64,000 bases of DNA, taken from a virus. Positions 58,935 through 64,000 of this stretch are shown piece after piece. The position numbers and the translations under genes are program-made. Below the pieces are notes generated by a model. It worked only from the letters and a program-made list of their open reading frames with translations. It was not told where the DNA came from and did no database searches. The stretch spans positions 32,001 to 96,000 of IMG/VR virus record IMGVR_UViG_3300031841_005609, one strand, 5' to 3'. Each line of letters begins with the position of its first letter. The stretch's first letter is position 1.

Positions 58935-58962
58935 TTGTAAAAAACAAATATTTTTTTATACT
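58935..58962 (+). promoter_or_regulatory. sigma70-like promoter giving a leaderless mRNA
   Basis: TTGTAA-N16-TATACT; ATG 58969 at the expected +1, no SD. Confidence 0.5.
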
Positions 58963-58968
58963 CTGAGT

Positions 58969-60105
58969 ATGGATCTAATATACAGACAGTCAGATGGGTT
59001 CGAGTGCTCTCTCGGAGAGTTCGACAGTGGAGAAGAAAGAATTTATTTTTCTCTTGATGAAAGGCTAGACGACGTCAAAGACTTTCTCAGAATAGTAAAG
59101 GAGTCTGTTGATACTCTCGATTTTCCCTATCTTAAGATGCAAGAGACTTTGTCCCTAAGCGGGTCTGAGATCTTTAGAGCTTTACCAGCTCAGAAAAGAA
59201 ACGCGATGTGTGAAAGAGTATATCAGGCTCTTAAAAAGTCGCTGGCTGTCAAAGAAAATGAAGTCTATCTCTCTTCTTACATTGAGCAAAAGAACTTTCT
59301 AAGAAGCTTGAAAATGCCAGTTTTCTGCCCAGAAAAGACAAAGGTTTTGTGCAGTAAAATAGATCACGAAAACACCCGAAAAAGAGTTGCTTCCATAGAT
59401 AAGGCAGATCAAAAGACTCAGTATAGCATGTCTGGGACTGTGACAGGTCGTCTTGTTGTAACTAAAGGACCAAATATATTGACTCTTCCGTCGTCAGTCA
59501 GAGGATGCATCAAATCGATGTATTCATCTGGAAAAATTCTTCAGATCGATCTAACAGCGGCAGAACCTTTTCTCGCCCTTCTCAGGGCTGGAAAAGAGCC
59601 GCCCGAAGATATCTATTCGCATGTAGCAGATCACGTCCTAGAAGGAAAAGTCTCTAGATCTGAAGCTAAGCTAGTAACCCTTTCAGCACTGTATGGACAG
59701 TCTTCTTCTAACTTGTCTAAAAAGCTTCCTGAGTCTATAAACGCTAGAGACGTAATATCTCGAACAAAAGAATATTTTGAGTCAAAAAGATTAGCCTCAG
59801 AGTTGTCTCATGCAAACAGATCCGGAAATTTTAGAAATATACTCGGACGACCAATTTTTCTAGAAGATGCTCGAGATAGCCTTCTTATAAGCTACTATCT
59901 TCAGAGTTCCATAGCTGAATGCTCTATTCTTCTCTTTTCTGATTTTTACAAGAAGTTTAGATCAGTCATGAAACCGTACTATGTCATACACGATGCTCTT
60001 ATCTTCGATGCAGAAGAAGAGTTTAGCCGGCGCCTCCTTCAAAAAGAGTCCATAACTCTTTCTCTTGGTACATGGAAATTTAAAGCTAAAGTGTCTGAGG
60101 TCTAG
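58969..60105 (+). CDS. short family A DNA polymerase-like protein (polymerase domain only)
   Basis: TVTGRL..PN, motif A IDLTAAEP, motif B RSEAKLVTLSALYG, YLQSS, motif C IHDALIFD. Confidence 0.8.
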   Translation: MDLIYRQSDGFECSLGEFDSGEERIYFSLDERLDDVKDFLRIVKESVDTLDFPYLKMQETLSLSGSEIFRALPAQKRNAMCERVYQALKKSLAVKENEVYLSSYIEQKNFLRSLKMPVFCPEKTKVLCSKIDHENTRKRVASIDKADQKTQYSMSGTVTGRLVVTKGPNILTLPSSVRGCIKSMYSSGKILQIDLTAAEPFLALLRAGKEPPEDIYSHVADHVLEGKVSRSEAKLVTLSALYGQSSSNLSKKLPESINARDVISRTKEYFESKRLASELSHANRSGNFRNILGRPIFLEDARDSLLISYYLQSSIAECSILLFSDFYKKFRSVMKPYYVIHDALIFDAEEEFSRRLLQKESITLSLGTWKFKAKVSEV

Positions 60106-60121
60106 AATATTTAAGAAAGAT

Positions 60122-60664
60122 ATGAAAAAGCACTACGAAAAAATCATTAAAGAGTCTATTAGAAGAATTCTTCTAGAAGAAACTGAAGCTTCCCAAGAAG
60201 AAAAAGCTTCTGAGCCGAAAGAGAAAAAGTCTTCATCTTCTGCTGATATTCTAACAAAAGGAGCTTTTGGTTCTGGGGGAAGATCTAAGTCGTTCGTAGC
60301 TGGTGCTAAGGCTCGAGCAGAAAAAGATCCAAAGGGTTTGCTTAAAGATCTTGGGATAACTGGCCCTCCTGGGGGATCTTCTGATTTAGATAGAGTCCTG
60401 AGAATACTAAACGGTGCTATTCACTCAAACAGTGTGATGTCACAAGCCTACGCCGGCGCTTCTCTTGGGAAAGATGTTCCTTCCGGGGGAGATAAATCTG
60501 TAAGAGTCATAGGTGTCAACTTAGGAGAGTTAGACCGAAAAAATGGGGTAAGGTTTCTTGCTCACACTCTTAGAGCAGCCAAAAACGCCGGATTTCTCTC
60601 CCTGAGCAAATCAGTTCAGTTCGGTCAGGGTGATTCTTTTCCAATTATCATCTCTTCTGTTTGA
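60122..60664 (+). CDS. putative head-packaged protein
   Basis: Start reassigned to ATG 60122 after ATATTTA (60107); KIIKESIRRILLEE N-terminus. Confidence 0.6.
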   Translation: MKKHYEKIIKESIRRILLEETEASQEEKASEPKEKKSSSSADILTKGAFGSGGRSKSFVAGAKARAEKDPKGLLKDLGITGPPGGSSDLDRVLRILNGAIHSNSVMSQAYAGASLGKDVPSGGDKSVRVIGVNLGELDRKNGVRFLAHTLRAAKNAGFLSLSKSVQFGQGDSFPIIISSV

Positions 60665-60689
60665 ACATCTTCTATTCCTTTCTTACATT
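60661..60689 (+). promoter_or_regulatory. sigma70-like promoter
   Basis: TTGAAC-N17-TACATT. Confidence 0.5.
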
Positions 60690-60708
60690 TGTCTGGAAAG
60701 GAATAAAA

Positions 60709-61278
60709 ATGGATACAGAAAAACTTCTCTCTAATTTCGAAAAATTTGCCTCGCTTCTTAAAAAGTATTTCCCTGAAGAGGGAACAGAAAGATTTCTGGA
60801 AGACTTTGGTGTAAGATTAACTACTTGTCCTCGAGGCTTAACTTCAAAAGATGGAGGAGATCATGGCGGTCTTATATCTCACGCTTTGAGGACTGCTTTA
60901 GTGGCATCAAGTCATTCGAAGCTCGTCGAAGACTCTCTTCCTGATCATGATCTAGATAGAAAAAGCGTCGCAAGGGTATGTCTGGTTCATGAGCTAGGGA
61001 AGCTAGGAACTCAAGAAAAAGAACTGTATATAGTCCAGGAATCTCAATGGCACAAAGAGAAGCTAGGACAAAATTTTAAGTACAACGATGAGTGTCCAAA
61101 GATGACGTCATCTCACAGGACGCTGTTTCTTCTTCAGAGCTATGGAATGACCTTGACCGACGAGGAGTGGATAGCTGTTTTAACAAGTCAGGGCATGCAA
61201 TATACAGAAAACAGCTTTTACGGTAACTCACTTCCGACTGTTGCAAAAATTCTTCATTTTGCAAAGTCTATGGCCTAG
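60709..61278 (+). CDS. HD-domain-like protein with degenerate metal ligands
   Basis: GGLISH, LVHELGKLG, LTDEEWIAVLTSQG, ILHFAK; start 60709 after AAGGA. Confidence 0.65.
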   Translation: MDTEKLLSNFEKFASLLKKYFPEEGTERFLEDFGVRLTTCPRGLTSKDGGDHGGLISHALRTALVASSHSKLVEDSLPDHDLDRKSVARVCLVHELGKLGTQEKELYIVQESQWHKEKLGQNFKYNDECPKMTSSHRTLFLLQSYGMTLTDEEWIAVLTSQGMQYTENSFYGNSLPTVAKILHFAKSMA

Positions 61279-61297
61279 CTAGATAATACTTAAAGAT

Positions 61298-61555
61298 ATG
61301 GAAAAGCTTCGAGAGATAATTAGAAAAATCCTGATAGAAAACTATCTTGAAGAAAAAGAAGAGCTCTTGACTGAGCCCGATGAGGCAGAAGGAAGAGAAG
61401 AAGAAGAAGTTTCATCGGGAGGAGTTGCAGGAGTATCTGTACCTCTCGGAGCTGGACCGAATTTTCCAAACAAGACTAAGAGAAAAAAGGGCGTTAAGTC
61501 ACCTTTGGCATCTGCAATGTCTTCGTTTGGAAATGCCCGGTCATCTAAAAAATAA
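61298..61555 (+). CDS. small putative head-packaged protein
   Basis: ATACTTA at 61286; LREIIRKILIE N-terminus; EEVSSGGVAGVSVPLG. Confidence 0.6.
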   Translation: MEKLREIIRKILIENYLEEKEELLTEPDEAEGREEEEVSSGGVAGVSVPLGAGPNFPNKTKRKKGVKSPLASAMSSFGNARSSKK

Positions 61556-61561
61556 AACTAC

Positions 61562-61590
61562 TTGAACATTTCGTCGTAGGACGTTAAACT
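61562..61590 (+). promoter_or_regulatory. sigma70-like promoter for SSB
   Basis: TTGAAC-N17-TAAACT. Confidence 0.55.
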
Positions 61591-61642
61591 AGAAACACAA
61601 CTGCCAAATTGCACATTGCAAATTGAAAAACTGGAGGTAAAC

Positions 61643-62470
61643 ATGGCAATTGACCTAGATGCTATTCGTAACAAGCTAAACCAGCTTTCTGGTAACAACT
61701 CAAAAAGAAGCACAATGTGGCGTCCCCAGGAGGGCGAAGAAGTCACAGTTCGACTTCTTTCATTTCCTGATAATGATGGACAGCCCTTCCAAGAACGATG
61801 GTTCTATTATAACATCGGCAACAACCCAGGCCTTCTCGCCCCGTACCAGTTCGGAAAGAACGACCCTATTCAAGAGCTTATTACGAAGCTGCGTGATGAC
61901 GGATCTAAAGAGTCTTACGAGCTTGCAAAGAAACTGTACCCGAAAATGCGGTGTTATGCTCCTGTCATAGTCAGAGGTGAGGAAGAAAAAGGTGTTAGAA
62001 TCTGGGCATTCGGGAAAACGGTATATCAGTCTCTTCTCAACATCATGCTTGATGAGGACTATGGTGATATCACCGATCCATCTCACGGGAGAGACGTAAA
62101 GGTAATCTGCACGAAAGCTCCTGGTCGTATGTGGGCTTCCACAGAAGTCCGACCAAGAGGAAAGAGCAGCAAGCTTTCAGAGAGCTCCGCCGAGGCAAAA
62201 GACTGGATTAAGAACATTCCCAATCTTGATGAAGTGTTCACGCTGAAGACATACGAAGAGCTTGAGCAGATTGTCACCAGCTGGCTGAATGGATCAGATG
62301 AATCTGACCAAGAATCAGGCCTTGGTACTTCTAGAGGAGGATCAACTTCTTCTACTCCTTCTTCTGCTCCCACGACCTCCGACGATTTCGACGACACTCC
62401 TTCCTCTTCTACGGATACAAAAAAGTACAAAAGTCTAGATGAAGCTTTTGCTGATCTAGAAGATCTCTAA
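61643..62470 (+). CDS. single-stranded DNA-binding protein (T4 gp32-like)
   Basis: WRPQEG..VRLL, GVRIWAFGKTVY, DYGDITDP..GRD, acidic tail DEAFADLEDL; SD GGAGGT. Confidence 0.85.
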   Translation: MAIDLDAIRNKLNQLSGNNSKRSTMWRPQEGEEVTVRLLSFPDNDGQPFQERWFYYNIGNNPGLLAPYQFGKNDPIQELITKLRDDGSKESYELAKKLYPKMRCYAPVIVRGEEEKGVRIWAFGKTVYQSLLNIMLDEDYGDITDPSHGRDVKVICTKAPGRMWASTEVRPRGKSSKLSESSAEAKDWIKNIPNLDEVFTLKTYEELEQIVTSWLNGSDESDQESGLGTSRGGSTSSTPSSAPTTSDDFDDTPSSSTDTKKYKSLDEAFADLEDL

Positions 62471-62482
62471 GAAACATATTAA

Positions 62483-62510
62483 AAAGCGGCTTCGGCCGCT
62501 TTATTTTTTT
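62483..62510 (+). terminator. intrinsic terminator with a cUUCGg loop
   Basis: AAAGCGGC-TTCG-GCCGCTTT plus a T run. Confidence 0.88.
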
Positions 62511-62515
62511 ATTTG

Positions 62516-62544
62516 CTGTACACTTATAGTGTCGTGAATATGAT
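62516..62544 (+). promoter_or_regulatory. sigma70-like promoter for the recombinase
   Basis: CTGTAC-N17-TATGAT. Confidence 0.45.
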
Positions 62545-62576
62545 CTATATGCTACCTTTTTAAACTAGGATAACAA

Positions 62577-63773
62577 ATGGCTAAGAAAAATAATTTGAAG
62601 AAATCTGATAACTTTACGTCTGACCTTATTTCTTCTCTTAACAAAGAGCATGGTTCTAAGGTTGCATATAACCTAGCTTACGATGATTCACCTACTCACG
62701 TTAAGAGATGGATAAGCACTGGCTCGAGGCTTCTCGACTACATTGTTGCCAACAGAAACGAAGGTGGACTTCCTGAAGGAAGAATAGTTGAGATCTTTGG
62801 TCCTCCCTCTATTGGAAAATCTCACATAGCAATACAGATCGCCAGGTCAACCCAGACAATGGGCGGAATTGTTGTTTACATCGACACAGAAAACGCAACA
62901 TCTGTGGAAAACCTTTCTCTTTTAGGTGTAGACATCACTAAGAGGTTTGTCTATGTTGATACTCATTGTACTGAAGAAGTACTCTCTATCGCTGAGTCTA
63001 CTATCTTAAAAGCCAAGGCCATGGACAAGGATGTACCAATTACTATCATATGGGATTCTGTTGCGGCTTCTTCCCCGAAAGCTGAGCTCATAGGTGACTA
63101 TGATAAGGAGTCGATAGGTCTTCAAGCTCGAGCAATCTCAAAGGGCATGAGGAAGATAACAGGTGTTATTGCAAATCAAAACGTCCTGTTTATCTGTCTC
63201 AACCAGATCAGAACAAATGTGGGTGTGATGTACGGTGATCCAACAACTACACCTGGAGGTAAAGCAATTCCTTTTCATTCATCTGTTCGAATCAAGCTTG
63301 GCGCCGGACAGCAAATAACCAATAAAGACAAGGAAGTTGTAGGTATCAACGTAAGAGCAAAGACTATAAAGAACAAAGTGTCGCCACCTTTTAGAGAGTG
63401 TATGTTTGAAATTCACTTTGGAAAAGGAATAGTTGAGCATGAACAGATCTTCGACGTTCTTAGAAAGAACGGTCCCGAAACCACAGATGACGGAAAAGTA
63501 GTTCAGGTTGGAGGAAACGGAGCTTGGAAGACTCTTACGGTTCACGATGAAAAAACCGGGGAAGTATCAATCGAGAAAAAGTTCTACAAAAATGACTTTG
63601 GCGATATCTTAAGAGATCCTGAATACTCAGCTTTCTGTGACTTTTTACTTGAAAGAGCTATGGTTAAAATCATGAGAAACAATGATCACATGTCTATTGA
63701 TCACGAGTCTTATGAAGAAGTAAGAGCTATCGCGATGGACCTTGAGTCTGAGATTTTAGACCCGGAGGCCTGA
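62577..63773 (+). CDS. recA: RecA/UvsX recombinase
   Basis: ISTGS..LD, GGLPEGRIVEIFGPPSIGKS, YIDTE, WDSVAA, NQIR, TTPGGKA, KNKVSPPF. Confidence 0.95.
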   Translation: MAKKNNLKKSDNFTSDLISSLNKEHGSKVAYNLAYDDSPTHVKRWISTGSRLLDYIVANRNEGGLPEGRIVEIFGPPSIGKSHIAIQIARSTQTMGGIVVYIDTENATSVENLSLLGVDITKRFVYVDTHCTEEVLSIAESTILKAKAMDKDVPITIIWDSVAASSPKAELIGDYDKESIGLQARAISKGMRKITGVIANQNVLFICLNQIRTNVGVMYGDPTTTPGGKAIPFHSSVRIKLGAGQQITNKDKEVVGINVRAKTIKNKVSPPFRECMFEIHFGKGIVEHEQIFDVLRKNGPETTDDGKVVQVGGNGAWKTLTVHDEKTGEVSIEKKFYKNDFGDILRDPEYSAFCDFLLERAMVKIMRNNDHMSIDHESYEEVRAIAMDLESEILDPEA

Positions 63774-64000
63774 TGTCTTCTCGACCCATTCTCCTTGTGG
63801 ATGGATTAAATCTTTTCATGCAGCATTTCGTTGCAAACCCTACCATGAGCTCTCATGGAAATCACGTCGGCGGCGTCGTCGGTTTTATGAAAGCACTGGG
63901 TCATCTTTCCGATAGAACAGGACCGAAGAAGATCGTAGTAGTCTGGGAAGGTGGAGGTTCTTCTAGAAAAAGAGCCATCTACAAAAACTACAAATCAGGA
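63773..64000 (+). CDS. 5'-3' exonuclease (PolI N-terminal/T4 RNase H-like), truncated by the window end
   Basis: Translates as MSSRPILLVDGLNLFMQHF..G..VGGVVGF..IVVVWEGGG.SRKRAIYKNYK; TGATG-coupled to recA. Confidence 0.85.
   Translation, partial: MSSRPILLVDGLNLFMQHFVANPTMSSHGNHVGGVVGFMKALGHLSDRTGPKKIVVVWEGGGSSRKRAIYKNYKSG

Noticed and set aside
2-63545. Numerous minus-strand and alternate-frame ORFs of 60-200 aa in the ORF track
   Set aside because: They overlap well-supported + strand genes, lack motifs or RBSs and read like antisense shadows (e.g. 4436-4747 mirrors the Lys-rich tail).
1-64000. tRNAs, CRISPR array, introns/inteins, stop-codon reassignment
   Set aside because: No cloverleafs or repeat-spacer units seen; terminase, RecA, primase and capsids are uninterrupted; genes are full length in the standard code and end in TAA, TAG and TGA.

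Overview
This window is 64 kb of a large, T4-like contractile-tailed (jumbo-type) dsDNA phage genome. Every credible gene is on the + strand and uses the standard code. Gene order: baseplate/virion block (1-16 kb); RuvC-like nuclease, primase and an SbcD-SbcC (Mre11-Rad50) fusion; terminase, portal, prohead protease, small head proteins and scaffold; two tandem gp23-like major capsid genes; a stand-alone PAS protein and a holin-like protein; neck and tail-terminator genes; two tandem sheaths; tube; a tail chaperone with a likely +1 frameshift; tape measure; baseplate tube/LysM/hub genes; then a mini family-A polymerase, a degenerate HD protein, gp32-like SSB, RecA/UvsX and a partial 5'-3' exonuclease. 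The most unusual locus is the capsid pair (30554-34696). The two proteins have near-identical HK97 cores but different insertion domains. Copy 1 follows the scaffold gene directly. Copy 2 sits behind a terminator and has its own putative late promoter and a ~220-nt structured leader. That leader also holds an unbroken chain of three stop/start-overlapping uORFs ending in frame with the capsid gene. Two promoter classes are visible: ATANTTA before virion genes and sigma70-like TTGAAC-N17 before replication genes, several implying leaderless mRNAs. All assignments come from motif recognition by eye; no searches were run.
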